Below are positions 47,733-62,149 of a DNA stretch of 64,000 nt, piece after piece. Source of the stretch: the human T2T-CHM13v2.0 reference genome, Homo sapiens; assembly GCF_009914755.1 (NCBI RefSeq), contig NC_060948.1; one strand, 5' to 3'. The notes under the pieces were generated by a model. The model worked only from the letters and a program-made list of their open reading frames with translations. It was not told the DNA's origin and ran no database searches. Position numbers and translations under genes: made by a program. Position 1 is the first letter of the stretch; every line of letters starts with the position of its first letter.

Positions 47733-48166
47733 ACATTTCATTCACAAATGGTATGACAAGCTGTAGTAGACAGAAATTATTTTTTGGTTTAATCTCACAT
47801 GCCCCTTTTATCTTTATGGGGAACTAAACTATTTTTCTGGGAACTACTCCTTTCCCCACCTTAATCCCTATAGGTGTTTTGTTTTGTTTTGCTACAACTC
47901 TTATTATGTTATCTTACTTATTTTATGCCTGTTGCTCCATCCAGGTGTGGGCAGTTTATCTTATTGAGCGAATCATTTCTTCAATGAACACTTTATTAAT
48001 TATACAGAAAAGTATGAGTGATTCCAACTTAAGAAGTTTTAAATTGTGGTGATGTCAGCTCTATTAATAGGCTAATAAAAACTTTTAAGATTAGGCCTGG
48101 TCATGGGAATACGTTTTCAGGAATCGTTTCATGAAAAAACACACAAAAATGTTTTACTTATGGTTC

Positions 48167-48793
48167 TGTATTCCTCAAAATTCTCCAGAGACACAGAATA
48201 AAAAGATAAATAGATATAAAGATAGATAGGTGATAGATGGATAGATAGATAGATAGATAGATGATAGATAGATAGATAGGAAAATAAATATATGTGAGGG
48301 GTTTATTAGGGGAATTGGCTCAAATTATTATGGAAGCTGAGATGTCCCACACTAGATCATCTGTAAGCTGAAGAACCAGAGAAACTACTAGCATGCTCAG
48401 TCCCATTTGGAAGGTCTAAGAACCGAGAAAGCCAACGATGGAAGTCTCAATCTGAGTCCAATGGCAGGAGAGCCCCAGTAGACTGCAAGTGCAATTCCCA
48501 GAGTCAAATGGCAGAACAACCTAGAGTTTTGATGCTCAAGGGCAGCAGAAGGGTGTGCTACTCCAAAAGAGAGAAAGATATAATTGACCCTTCTACCCTT
48601 TTTTGTTTAATAAGAGCCCTTAGCCAATTGGATGGTGTTTGCCCATGTTGAGGGTGGAATTTCCCCACTTAGTTGACTGGCTCACATACCAGTTCTTCTC
48701 CAAAAACACCCTTACAGACAAATCCAGAAACAATGTTTTATTAGTCATCTAGGCATCCTTCAATCCAGTCAACAACTAAAATTTACTATCACA
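48167..48793 (-). mobile_element. MLT2B/C solo LTR containing a (GATA)n STR at ~48220-48279
   Basis: ttctccagagacacagaa, gaattggctca, caatccagtcaa..actatcaca. Confidence 0.9.
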
Positions 48794-49014
48794 GGTGTCC
48801 ACTGGTTTTTCTCTTCTATTTTCAATGACTCTTGATTGTGAGTTACAGAAAATGAAATTAAGCACAAATCAAAGTGTACTGGAAGAATCCCAGGGACCTT
48901 ATAAAATAATAAAAATATGGAAGGAGAAAAAAACAAAGGATGGCCAGTGATTTGATTATCACCAGAGTTTTTTTATACCTTGTCTTTCTTTCTAAATGTC
49001 CAATGTTTTATTTC

Positions 49015-49229
49015 ATTTTGTATTTTAAATTGTGTTTATTTTTAATTTTTGTGAATACATAGTAGGTATATATATTTATGGGTCACATGGGATATTTTGA
49101 TACAGGCATGCAATGCATAATAATCACATCAGGGTAAATGGGGTTTCCTTCGACTCAAGCATTTATCCTTTGTGCTACAAACAATGCAATTATATTAGGG
49201 AGCTAAACATTAAAATAATTGGACTCATG
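49015..49229 (-). mobile_element. Short L1MA 3' end with a small inverted piece
   Basis: Antisense 3'UTR to ~49195, then sense gggagctaaacattaaaataattggactcatg. Confidence 0.85.
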
Positions 49230-49411
49230 TTCAGTATTTTTGTCTCTCTCCCCTCAGAATGACTGTCTATCTTGAGAAAAAAAAAAAAACATGCTTAAAC
49301 CGTATACCATATCTTGTTTTTGTAGACATCCAGAGAGATAGGCTCTTAAAGATACACAAACCCTACTTTTAAAATATTAGAGAAGAATTGAAGGAAAGAT
49401 TGACCACCTGT

Positions 49412-49866
49412 TGTAGGGGAGAAAAAAGTGATATGTTTTCCTCTCCCATCACAAGGGTGTTCATAGCCAACACCCCTATAACAAAAGACAGATTAACAAG
49501 AGAAAATCATCATTTATTTATTTAACCAAAGTTTTATGTGACATGAGAGCCTTCATAAATCAATGCAAACCAAAAAACCTAGAGAAAATGGTGTATTTTT
49601 ATGCTGAGTATGAAGAAAAAAGTCGATAGTTGTGAAAAAACATGATTAGGAAAAAAAGAGTATAATCTAATGATATTATATAAACTGAGATAAACTTCAG
49701 CAAGGACTGTTTGTTCAGATTATTTCCTGCATCTCTGTATGATATTTCTTCCCCTAGAGTATGGAGCAGGACCCCTGTTCCATGAGGATCATTAGGGGAG
49801 AAGCGAGATCAGAGAGTCACAACCAAGGTGTCATTTTTTCAATGTAGTACTTTCTAAGCCTTGACA
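49412..49866 (-). mobile_element. ERV1 LTR, MER34/MER39-like
   Basis: tgtaggggag..., cccctataacaaaagacagattaacaagagaaaa. Confidence 0.8.
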
Positions 49867-50017
49867 CAGTCATGAGTGTGATCTTTCAGAATTATGTGGC
49901 AAATCAAGCAATTGGCAAGCTTTTAATGAAAACTAAAGGAGCTTTGAGGATATAAAAAAGATATAAATAAAAACAAGTTATAGAATTTATCAAAAATGAT
50001 TTCAGAGGAAAATATGA

Positions 50018-50378
50018 TAGTGGTCCTGCTTATCTGTGGGGCATAGGTTCCAAAATACCTAGTGGATGCCTGAAACTACTGTTAATACTGAACCCTATAT
50101 GTAGTATGTTTTTTCCTGTGCACACATCTATGATGATATTTAATTTATAAATTAGACGCCATAAGATATTAACACTAACTGATAAAATAGAAGTCATAAT
50201 AATATAATACACTGTAATTAAAGTTATGTGAATGTAGTTCTCTCTCTCTCTTTCTCTCTCTCTCAAAATATCTTATTTCTCTGAAAATATCTTATTGTAT
50301 GTAATATGTTCACACTGCAGTTGATGGTGGGTAACTGAAACCCCAGAAAATGAAAACAAGGGTAATGGAAGACTACTG
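50018..50378 (+). mobile_element. MER2 (TcMar-Tigger), near full length
   Basis: Both TIRs (cttatctgtgggg... and ...gactactg TA); internal tagtggatgcctgaaac. Confidence 0.92.
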
Positions 50379-50972
50379 TACCTTAGAGATAGATTAGTGT
50401 TAAATATGTGCCAACATAGAAAACTGTCTCATTTACACAAATTCAATATAGTATTTTCTCTTAAAGCAAAAGGAGCTAATAATATTTTCTGTAGTGACTA
50501 CTACTTCTTAATAGTGTAGCTTCTTTTTTTTGATAACCATTTTTCTTAGAGCTATTTGAAGACACTATTCAAGTAGTATAACAAAGCAAAAAGCAAATGT
50601 GTATGCTCTGTTAAAAGACAATGAAAGTTATACAGAAGAGCTCCTTTTATAACAAATAATTTTGCATAACATAACTACTCTTAAAGCAATACTAATCATA
50701 CAAAACTTCTATTATTGATTTATAAGCATGACAAATAGCCATTATACTTTTTGGTGTTTTTGCTATCTTCTTTTGGATTTTATTTTCTGTTCATGTTTTG
50801 TAAGGTATGTTTTCTGTCATTTTAATTACTTTTAACAAAATCACATCCGGGTGCACTTTTTATTAAATAAGCATTTAGTTCTGGTCTCTGCCTCAAAGAG
50901 CCGAAGTTGAGTTGTAATATTTGCTTTAATGTTCAAGTTTTTACCTTGTAGGATAGTGATGAGTTCTGGGTT

Positions 50973-51066
50973 TGTGTAGTAGACAGAATAATGCTCTCAA
51001 AAGATGCCCACAATCTAATCCCCAAAACCTGTGAATATGTCACCTAGCATGGCAAAAGAGACTTTT
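50973..51066 (+). mobile_element. MLT1C/D LTR 5' fragment
   Basis: tagacagaataatg...cctgtgaatatgtcacctagcatggcaaaagagacttt. Confidence 0.8.
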
Positions 51067-51445
51067 GTACATTATATGTTATTTTCATGTCTTTAAGTGT
51101 AATTAGCTAAAATATTGTTTAGTTTTCCACTGTTTGTCTTTACCAATGATCAGTTTAACAGTTTTTCTATTATGGAGATTTAGATTGACATCAACATTTG
51201 CTATTAATCATTTATTATTTCTTCCTTTCTGAAAGCTGAATTTCTGGAACAAGAGATATAGATTAAGACTGTTGTTACATGTTGCCTACATGACTTTCAA
51301 AAGCTTGATTCCCAGTGGCGCTCTCAACAGCAGTCATAAACAATGGTAATTCAATGTATATTTATATTCAACTGATATATTAATTGGAATATATTAAAAA
51401 TACGTATATTTATATTCAGAATATTTATATTGAAAATATGAATAT

Positions 51446-51447
<2 letters not shown>

Positions 51448-51482
<35 letters not shown>
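51448..51482. repeat. (TG)n microsatellite
   Basis: Direct reading. Confidence 0.95.
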
Positions 51483-51484
<2 letters not shown>

Positions 51485-51505
51485 CCCATTATTTCCCTAA
51501 CACTA

Positions 51506-51721
51506 GATCAGGGCTTTTTAACTATGGTGATTTTACACACCCCTATTCTCCAGAAGACGTGTTATTTATGGAGACATATTCAATGGTCAAAACTGCGTGG
51601 ATGATGTTAGTAGGCAGATGCCATGGATGCTGTGAAAGGTCCTACAATGCATAGGTCAGCCCCCCACCACAAATAATTATCTAACTCAAAATGCCAATAA
51701 TCTCCAGATTTAGAAACCCTA
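51506..51721. mobile_element. MER20-like hAT-Charlie element
   Basis: cctacaatgcataggtcagccccccaccacaaataattatct...agaaaccct. Confidence 0.8.
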
Positions 51722-53399
51722 TTCTTCCTAATGAATAGTCATATTTTACCATCTTTAAAAATTGAGAGCCATGTGACAGAATTATTTTGGCATTCCCTTT
51801 CTCAGAAGAATGTTAAACATATTTTGCTCACTCTTTCTGAGTGATTTCACCACAGACACTACTTGCATCTGTTCCCACTTAACTTTTTAGCATCAAACCA
51901 AATATAGCATTTCAAAAACTAGTTACTTTTTCTGAATTAAATAAAATAAAAACATGATTTAAGCTGTGCCTTCAGATTTAAAATAACAGAATGCCTTTTC
52001 ACATTGACCATAGTATATATGTACATAATACTTTCAAATATCTTTAAAATTTTCAGAGGTTACTTTTCTGGTAGAAAGTTTTATCTTTATATATGGCTGT
52101 GTGTGTGTCTGTCTGTGTGTTTGTGTGTGGTATATGATATATGTATGTGTGTGTGTTGATATGTATGTGACACATAAAATCATATGTAGCTTTTAACCAT
52201 TTAAAAGGATCATAAAACCTACAACCATTTAACAATCATACTATTTTTTTAAAAATAGATGATTATTCATAGTCTTGAAACATTTCATTTGCTTTCATGA
52301 ATCTCATTCCCTTCAACAACCCTGGAAAGAGCAACTTTCCTGGAATCAGCATATATAACATTCTTGATTTTCTTATTAGTTTACTCAACAATATCTGCAA
52401 GATACATTCATCCATATTCTTGATATATATGTAGGTTATTTATTTTCACTGCTCTGCAGTTCTCTACCATATGAAAATAGCACAATTATATCGATGTATC
52501 CCCTGGCTAGTGGTTATTTTGGTTGCTTCTATTTTTTTGATGTTACAAATAATGATGCTATGAACATTATGTGCACATTTTCTATTGAACATGGGAGTAT
52601 CTCTTCAGCAGCAATCTTCAAACTTTTTTCTTTAATACAACTGAAAAAAACTATGTCCACTTCACATATGTTTGGGTTGGTGTCTAAATATTTTTATGTA
52701 AAAGAATTGCAAAAATATTTAATTTCTAGCATACTATAAATGTGTCTTAAAAATGTGTTTTCCTCAAACCCTTAAAGCTATAGCTTTATCTCATACAATT
52801 TGGGAAAATGTCTACTATATACTCTAATTGGCAAAACAGTTCCCACTCTGAGAATCAAAAATTACTTGCATTACCAATAAGAATAATTTCACTTTTGAAC
52901 TCCAATAAAGCTTAAGATGCCCATTAAACATCTCATTTTTAAAGATTCCTGGGTAGATACAGTATGCAGATATATAAATGATTGATAGAGTGATTGATTG
53001 AAACAGACAAAAATTTTTGATAGTAGTTTTGTACTTAGGTGAAATAAAGGCAATATTTTTTACACATCTTTTTAGTTTGCTTTCACAATAAAAATCTTCC
53101 TCAGAAACTTTGTATGCTCATACTGTTTCCTTGTAGGATGCTCTACAGATTGGTACACTCTAATGTACTATTGTAATGTTCCAGATAGGAGAAATGGCTA
53201 CCTTTATTTTGTTAAACTGGAGATTGGCAGCTATGACTGAGGACTTGCAAAAGCGGAAACAGGGACTTCTCAGTGAGGTCAATATTTGGAGGAAATATGT
53301 ATAGAAACTGAAGATCTGTCTGAGTTTACCCCTGAGGTACATTATAGCATACATGAGTTTGAATATTTATTCTTTAATGTACATATTTGGTTATGGAGT

Positions 53400-55290
53400 T
53401 GTTTAAGCATCAGCTGTTTGGAAATTCTGCTTTGCCAAGATATTTCTAACTTGCTTTTTAGAACAGTTGTAACATTTTACATTTCCATAGCTCCCTTGGC
53501 TTCACATGATTGAGTAATACTTTAAATCAGATTGTAAATGTATTACGCAGTGGTTTTAATTTCCTGATTAGTAATGAGATTGTAACTGAACTCAGGTTCA
53601 GTTGTTTGCCAATTGAAAGCCAAAACTTGAGAGGCAAGCGTTGGTGGAAGAGAAAAGCAGGTTTATTCAGGACCTGACAATCCAAGGAGATGGTGGACTT
53701 GCATAGCAAAGACCATCTCAAGTTTCTCAGCCTGGACATAGGGGTTTTAAAGGGGAAAGGGCTTGGGAAACTATGTGCAGGAGTTAGCTATGCATTTCAG
53801 AATGTCTTTTTCCAACGACTGTCATGAGGAATGGGCATCAAGAGGTGTAGCTGGCATCATCCAACCTCTAATAAGATTGAAGATTAACTGCTCAGTATTT
53901 TTTTTCCATTAAGAACATTTCACAGCCTTGGTTTTATCTTGGGGTTAGTTCTTGGAATTCTTAAGCAAGCACACAATTAGGTATCGTAAAAGAAAGAATA
54001 GTTATTTGTTTCCAAAATGGAATGACTGCATCAGTTACAAGATGATCACCTTTATATGTTATTGCTATTCAGATTTTCTCTTCCATAAAATACTTGTTTG
54101 CATCTTTTGCCTGCAGTTTAATTGGGTGGTTTGACATTTTGGTTTATATGAATTTCTTAATATGTTATGGACATTAATCCTACACTGGTTTTTTATGTTG
54201 CAAAGATCTGCTCTCAGCGTGAAAATTCTTTTTATGGCGTCTTTTGATGATGAAAAGTCCACAATTCAAAATAGATTAACTTATCAATACTTACTAGTTT
54301 CTTTTACTTAAGTATGTTATTTCTCTTAAAAATTATCTATATATCAGAAAAATACCTCCATTTATATTCCTGAAAAAATTATTTAAATTTGCCTTTCATA
54401 TTTAAGTCTCTGATATACTGGAAATTAACTTTTGCATATGTCATGACGGATACACTATTTTGCTTGCTTTATAGTTTCCGGATAAATACTTATCTCAGGG
54501 CCACTGACTGACTAGTCTATACTTTTACCTCTATACAATATCTGGTGTTCATATTTTTGCAGGTCTATTTCTTGACTCTCTAACGTGTTTTTAGCTTTCA
54601 ATCCTTGCACTCACACCATGCAGTGTTAATTGCAATTGTTTGATAGTAAATTTTAATCACTGCTATAGCAAATTTTCGTATCTTATTTCTTCTGGGTTAT
54701 ACTTGGCTCTTTGGCCTTTGGTTCCTTGACTGTACTTCCATTTAAAATTTCAGGATTGACTTCAGTTAAAAATAATCTGTAAGAATTGTTCAAATTTAAG
54801 CTTGAATTACCAGAAATATTTCACTTTTTGCATTAAATGCATCTCATGATTATTGATATGTAATATTATTTTATTTTCTTCAATTCTAAAGATCACTTAT
54901 TCCCCACTGGGATTTTTTATTTAGCATTAATTTATGTAGAAAAGTGTTTTTAAAATTCCAAGCTTATGATATTGTGAGTTATCTTTGTATTATTTAAAAA
55001 TTAATAACATTGCAGTTAGATATTATTATGTGTATGAAATTAATATTGGAAAACCACTGAGAATTGCTCTATTTCCTATTATATTGTTGATTTTCATGAA
55101 TGTTTCCTGTTTCTTGAAACTGTATATTCGTCAGTTCTTTGGTATAGTGTTCTATATATACTCATTTGATCATTCTTACTATATGTTACCCAAATATTCT
55201 TAATCACAATTTTTACCTGTTTCACCCATCAATTACTGAAAGATATGTTTTTAAATCCTCACTGATGTAGTAACTTTCAGCATATTTTGC
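53400..55290 (-). mobile_element. Old L1ME fragments around an LTR
   Basis: gtggttttaatttcctgattagtaatgag; ttgcctttcatatttaagtct. Confidence 0.6.
53581..54039 (-). mobile_element. ERV1-class solo LTR (MER89/90/92-like)
   Basis: TG...CA ends with a 9-bp inverted terminus tgtaactga/tcagttaca; 4-bp TSD AGAT; antisense AATAAA. Confidence 0.85.
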
Positions 55291-55297
55291 ACATATA

Positions 55298-55534
55298 CAG
55301 ATGCTCCTTGATTTATGATAGATTTATGCCCTGATAAACTCATAATAACTCAAAAATTTTGGAAATCACAATGCATTTAATACCCCAGTAAACACATTGT
55401 TAGTAAAAAAAAATATTAAGTTGAACTATCATAAGTTCAGCTGTTCCTTGACTTACAATGAGGTCACACCCCAATAAACCCATCACAAATGCAAAAAATC
55501 ATAAGTTGAACCATAGTTAAGTAGAGGTCATCTG
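55298..55534 (+). mobile_element. MER47-like (TcMar-Tigger)
   Basis: TA|cagatgctccttgatttatgat ... catctg|TA, with an internal repeat of the terminal motif. Confidence 0.85.
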
Positions 55535-57317
55535 TATATATTTATAACTATATATCAATATAAACATAGATATAAGTATGTGTGTACATGCATGAATGTA
55601 TATCATACAGATCTGTCAGGTTAGAACTATTATATTAATATCTTCCTGACAAATTGAACCCCATCATCTCTTGTTCACTGGGCCTTGAAATTTATTTTAT
55701 CTGATTTTAATATAACCAAAGTAGCTCTTTTTTAATTAGTATTTGCCTGCCATATTATTTTGTATTATTTTACTGTAACAATTCCTGTTTTCTTGTGGTT
55801 TTGGTAAAACCTCTGAACACTGCATATAGATTTAAAATAATTCTGTAGATCTACTGGCATCATTTTTGTAGATATATGTTAACTTGTTTCTAATTCCAAT
55901 TTTTTCAATTTTCCTCTTTTTAAAATTTCAGCTTTCATTGAGGAGTATAACACATGTATAGGAAATTGCACAAAATTTATATATATTCTTTTAGGGATAA
56001 CTTTAAAAGATAAATCTGTGAAACCAGAATCTAGGACAATATATTTTTTTTTTTACGTGAAACCCAGTGAACCACAGTTATTTTATTAGTTGGGTATTTT
56101 TTTATGGCCCAGGGTTGCACAAAATTACAAAACAATTTATTTGCTACCCCACCAAATATAAAATAATGGGGCTGGAACAAAATCATGACAATAAAAATTT
56201 CCCATTCAGAATAAAGGAGAATGAAAGATTCATAGCAATTATGCAATGCTGCTGGATAGGCAATTTGAAGGCCCTTTTCCTTGGCGGTGGGGTAATTTCT
56301 TTGTTTAGACTGATTCTTCTTTTAAGAAAAACTATATTTTATGGTACTCACCAGGATTCCAGCTCTACGCTCAGCATAATTCTTTCTCATTTATTATCTT
56401 TTGTGGCCTCATCATAGGAAAAATGTACATATATTAAGATTTTAAATAAATGAATAATTCTAGATGTGGAAAGGTTATCATTATAATTAGTTATAACTAT
56501 AATATTATAATAATACAAAGATCTGAATGAATGGCTTCTCCCAGATAATATTGTATTGAAAGTATATATATACCTTTTAAAAAATGAACATAATTAAGTT
56601 GCTCTAATGGAAGAAAAATCACACCTCGTTTTGCACCATGTACATCAATTGACGTTTGATAATAAAGTGCAGATTTTCACACACAGCACACAGCAACACC
56701 TTGGTCACCTTATCATTCCATCCAATCTGTGATATTAAGATTGTATATGATCTCTTAAGATTTATTCAGCTCATTATATATTCCCCCTGAAAGAAAGTGG
56801 GGATGGTAGACTCTCCCATTCATTTCTCTTAATTTTTGCACAGAATGCCCTTCATTGTGATACATACATTGCACTATCCTCCTAGATCATTACATGTGAG
56901 ATGCAAAAGTTCCTTTTACCCAAATTTCAGTCATTTATAATTTTTAAATTTATTAGTTAAAAGTATAATAGTTATTTCTACTTTTTAGTAGCATTTGAAG
57001 ATAAGAGACAAATACCTTACCCAGAATTATCTGGATGATTCAGTTAAATTTGTTAACTTTATTATGTGATAGGCCATTGAATTTTCCTGCACTGTAATAT
57101 GAATTGTGTAGATAAAAACATTTACTCAAATGCAGCTCTAGCCTCACTTATATTTTCTATTCTATTTTATATTTTAAAAAACTAAATGTAATTTCCATAA
57201 GAGCTGTATGGAAACACAGCTGCCAGAGAGCATGGCATAATGTGGACAAGTGACACTGGGAGGGAACAGTCAGAAATTAGGTCAGTTTTCCAGTCCAAAA
57301 GCTTTGCTGGGGAGAAT

Positions 57318-59412
57318 GAAAATGGGAAACAGAAAAAAGCAGGGGTTGCAATCCTAATTTCAGATAAAACAGACTGTAAACCCACAAAGATCAAAAAAGA
57401 CAAAGGAGAGTCTTACATAGCACTAAAGGGCTCAATTCAACAAGAAGGCCTAACTATCCTAAATATATATGCACCCAAAACAGTGGCGCCCAGATTCATA
57501 AAGCAAGTTCTTAGAGACCTACAAACTTAGACTACGACACAATAATAGTGAGAGACTTCAACATTCTACTGATAGTATTACACAGATCATAGAAGCAAAA
57601 AATTAACAAAGATATTCAAGACCTAAACTCAACAATGGACAAAATGGATCTGATAGACCTTTACAGAACTCTCTAGCCGAAACCAGGATATACATTCTTC
57701 TCATTGCCACGTGGCACATACTCAAAAATTGACCACATAATTGGGCATAAAACAATATTCAGCAAATGCAAAATAACTGAAATTATACCAAACAGACTCT
57801 TGGATCACAGTGCAATAAAAATAGAAGTCAAGCCTGAAAAAAAAATCACTAAAAACTACCCAATTACATGGAAATTAAACAACATGCTCCTAAATGACTT
57901 TTGGATAAATAATGAAATTAAAGGAGAAACCAAGAAGTTCTTTGAAACTAACGCAAAGGTACAACATACCAGAATCCCTGGGACCCCGCTAAGCAGTGTT
58001 AAGAAGGAAGTTTATGACACTAAATGCCCACATCAAAAAGTTAGAAAGATATCAGATGAGCAACCGAGCATCACCATTTGAGGAACTAGAGAAATGAGAG
58101 CAAACCAACCCCAAAGCTAACAGAAGACCAGAAATTCTCAAAATCAGAGCTGAACTGAAGAAAATTAAGACACAAAAACCACACCAACAAATCAACGAAT
58201 CTAGGAGTTGGTTCTTTGAAAGAATTAATAAAATAGGCTGCTAGCTAGACTAATAAATAAATAGAGAAATATTAAAACAAATGCAGTCAGAAATGACAAA
58301 GGGGACATTATCACTGACCCCACAGAAATACAAAACAAAAACAAAAACAAAAACAAACCCAAAAAACCCTGACACTACTGTGAACACCTCTATGCACACA
58401 AACTAGAAAACTTAGAAGAAATGGATAAATTCCTGGAACCCTACGACTTCTCAAGATTGAAGCAGGAAATAATTGAATCCCTGAGCAAATCAATAATTAT
58501 TTCCAAAATTGAATCAGTAGTAAAAAGCCTATCAACAAGAAAATGCTCAGGACCAGATGGATTCACAGCATAATTCTACAAGATGTGTATATCTGTGTGT
58601 GTGTGTGTGTGTGTGTGTATGTAAATAAACTGGTACCATTTCTACTAAAACTATTCCAAAAAATTGAGAACGACATACTCCTCCCTAACTCATTCTTTGA
58701 GACCAGCATCATCCTGATACCAAAACCTGGTAGAGACACGGCAAAAAAAGAAAACTTCAGGCAAATATCCTTGATGAACATTGATGCAAAAATCCTCGGC
58801 AGAATACTAGCAAACCAAATCCAGCAGCACATAAAAAAGCTAATCCACCATAATCAAGTAAGCTTTATCCCTAGGATGCATGGTTTGTTCAACATATGCA
58901 AATCAATAAATGATATTCACCACATAAGCAGTACTAAAAAAACAAAAATCACATGATTATCTCCACAGATGCAGTAAAGACTTTTGACAAAATTTAACGT
59001 CTCTTCATGTTAACAACCCTCAACAAACTGGGCATTGAAGAAACATACTCTAAAATAATAAGAACCGTCTATGACAAGCCTATAGCAAACATCGTACTGA
59101 ATGGGCAAAGGCTAGAAGCACTCCCCATGAAAACCGGAACAAGACGAGGATGCCCAATCTCACCACTCCTATTTACCATAATACTGGATGTCCAGGTCAG
59201 AGCATTCAGGCAAGAGAAAGAAAGAAAAGCCATCCAAATAGGAAGAGAAAAAGTCGTACTATCCCTTTTTACCAATGATATAATTCTATACCTTGAAAGT
59301 CCCATAGTCTCTGCCCAAGAACTCCTTGATCTGATAAACAACTTCATCAAAGTGTCAGGATGCAAAATCAATGTGCAAAAATCAGTAGCATTCCTATACA
59401 ACAATAACATGC
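57318..59412 (+). mobile_element. Old L1PA ORF2 fragment (endonuclease to RT)
   Basis: Peptides [52 protein letters not shown]; stops and frameshifts; (TG)n at ~58594-58618. Confidence 0.96.
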
Positions 59413-59559
59413 AAGTTTCTAAGCTTACATGGTTCTAGCCATGCCTCTTATTGTTAAAATAATGACTATCCAAAATTTTGTATATATTCTCACTTTATAG
59501 ATGAATCTGTGGACCTTATTTTGGAAAATTTACTTCAGCTTACCATTTTAAAATTGTAT

Positions 59560-60400
59560 ACAATTTTATGATTTGTGGTTTTAATTGTGCTTCTAACATT
59601 TATCTAGATTGATGCATGAGCCCCATTAATATTACTGTGGTAGTAAAATTCATTGTGTGCACGTACTACAATGTATTTATGTATTCTCTGATTGATCATC
59701 ATTTGGGTTGTTTTCAGGTTTTGATTGTTATACAAATGGTCTCCTGACCATTTGTGTACACGTCACTTGCAAACAGACACACGTTTTTGAGATATGCACC
59801 TGAGAGTAAGATTCCTCAATTTTAAGCTTTACAAGATAATTCCAATTTGTTTGCTAAGTTGTTTGTACAAGTTACATTTTTATGAAGAGTCTATAGCAGT
59901 TTCCTTTAATCTATACGTGTCAAGGTGTGTACCTGACATCTTAAAACTTATAATTTTTATGGCTGACTTTTGAACATGCTAAAATATTTCTTTGTAGATT
60001 TGATTTACATTTCTCTAATTAGTAGTAGTTCCAGCATTATTTCAGGTATATATTGACACCTTTTTTTCCTATTTTATGTAACTCCTTTTCCTGTTTTTGT
60101 TATTTTTTCCAAAAATTATGTATGTTGTCCCTTTCTTTTTGATTTTCAGGTATTATATAATTTATAGGGATGACTTTTTAAGTGATAAATATTGCAAATA
60201 TTTTCACCCGCTTTGTGAATTGTCATTTTTGTCTCCTTTTATGGTGTTTATAATAAAAATAATTATTTAATGTAATATAGTCAGTTGCAGCATTTTCTTA
60301 TGGGTCTAGCTCATGAAATCCATCTCTACTCCCAAAAGCATAAAGATATCTCTATATTTTCTTCTGAAAGTTCTAAAGTTCTGCCTTTTACTTATTTTGT
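59560..60400 (-). mobile_element. L1ME 3' fragment
   Basis: catttgggttgttttcaggttttg, attgcaaatattttc. Confidence 0.7.
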
Positions 60401-60410
60401 TTTAACTTTT

Positions 60411-60464
60411 TTTTTTTTTTTGGGGGGATGTAGTTTCGTTCTTGTCGCCCAGGCTGGAGTGTCA
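60411..60464 (-). mobile_element. Extremely 5'-truncated Alu (~40 nt plus tail)
   Basis: poly(T) followed by gtttcgttcttgtcgcccaggctggagtg; TSD ttttaactttt on both sides. Confidence 0.88.
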
Positions 60465-60642
60465 TTTTAACTTTTAAAACATCCTGTTCTGTTTCATTGG
60501 TAAGTACATTTTTTCAAAAGTTTAATTATGCTTCAATAGTTGTGAAGACAGATATACATTTAAAACATAAAAATCAGAACCTCAACAGAAACCCAGAGGT
60601 GAGCAGAGTAGGTAGGTCAGGTGTGATGTATATGGCAAATAG

Positions 60643-61089
<447 letters not shown>

Positions 61090-61644
61090 TAGAAACCGTT
61101 CTGATACCATTGCTATAGGTCCTATGGGTAACTAGTACCTCTTTTAAGCAGCAGGCCTCTGGGGCCTGTGAGTGCTGGATGAACACTTATAAGCTAGTAA
61201 TGTAATTATGTGATAGAGAGCAAGAGCCACAGAAGCTGGTGGAGAAAAGAGTATACAGCTGGGTGACATGGTAGTAGATATAAATGAAACTTATTTATTA
61301 CTATTGTGAGTGAATTAACATATACAGTGAAACCCAGGGTGTATATAAATAGGTAGTTTGCTTCAGCGAATTATTGGTAATGAGCCTGTAAAAATGACTT
61401 AAAAATTGGCAGAAATGTTTCTGAAGTTGATGATACAATGGCTAAATGATTAAAAGTCACCTATATCTAAATCCATAATATATTCAAAGTTGATTTTTAT
61501 TAATCTTATAAAATTTGGATTTTGAATGATTTTTCCATAAGGATATCTGAGTGTGTGATAACAATTTATTGAATAATCAGTCCATCTTTTCCTAATGGAT
61601 CTATCTCTGTGTTACTACTACTCTCTATGTTACATATAAGTAAT

Positions 61645-62047
61645 TGTGATGGTTAATTTTATGTGTCAACTTGATGAGCTATGAGGTGACCAAATGAAAT
61701 ATAATTTCTTGCTGTGGTCATGAGGGTGTTTGAGTGTTAAATTAACATTTTAATTCCTGGAAGGAGGAATTCACTTTTTCATTTTCTTCCTCTCTGCCTA
61801 CTTAAGCTGGGGCATCTTATCTCATCTTCTAAGGCTCTTGAACTGGGATTCAGTTTCCCTGGTTTTCAGGTCTTTGACTCAGAGTGAATTATGTCATTGG
61901 CTTTTCTGGGTCTCCAGATTGCACACAACAGATCATGGAACTTCTCAACCTTCATTATTGCATGAAGAAATTTTCTATAATTGATTTTCTTTTCTTTCTG
62001 TCTCTATTTATTATCTATCATCTATCTATATCTATCTATTATCTATC

Positions 62048-62078
<31 letters not shown>

Positions 62079-62143
62079 CGTTATCATCATTATCAACTAG
62101 CTCATACTTGGTTCTGTTTCTCTGGTAAACCCTGACAAATACA
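61645..62143 (+). mobile_element. MLT2 (D-like) solo LTR with (TCTA)n
   Basis: tgtgatggttaattttatgtgtcaacttga ... ttctgtttctctggtaaaccctgacaaataca. Confidence 0.92.
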
Positions 62144-62149
62144 ATAACT

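Noticed and set aside
53200-53340. Short ORF MTEDLQKRKQGLLSEV with a nearby gag|gtac donor-like site
   Set aside because: Too short, no recognisable homology, weak acceptor, surrounded by old repeats
57240-59438. Endonuclease/reverse-transcriptase ORFs suggesting a novel RT system
   Set aside because: Ordinary decayed L1 ORF2 with stops, frameshifts and a damaged catalytic motif (FTND in place of FADD)
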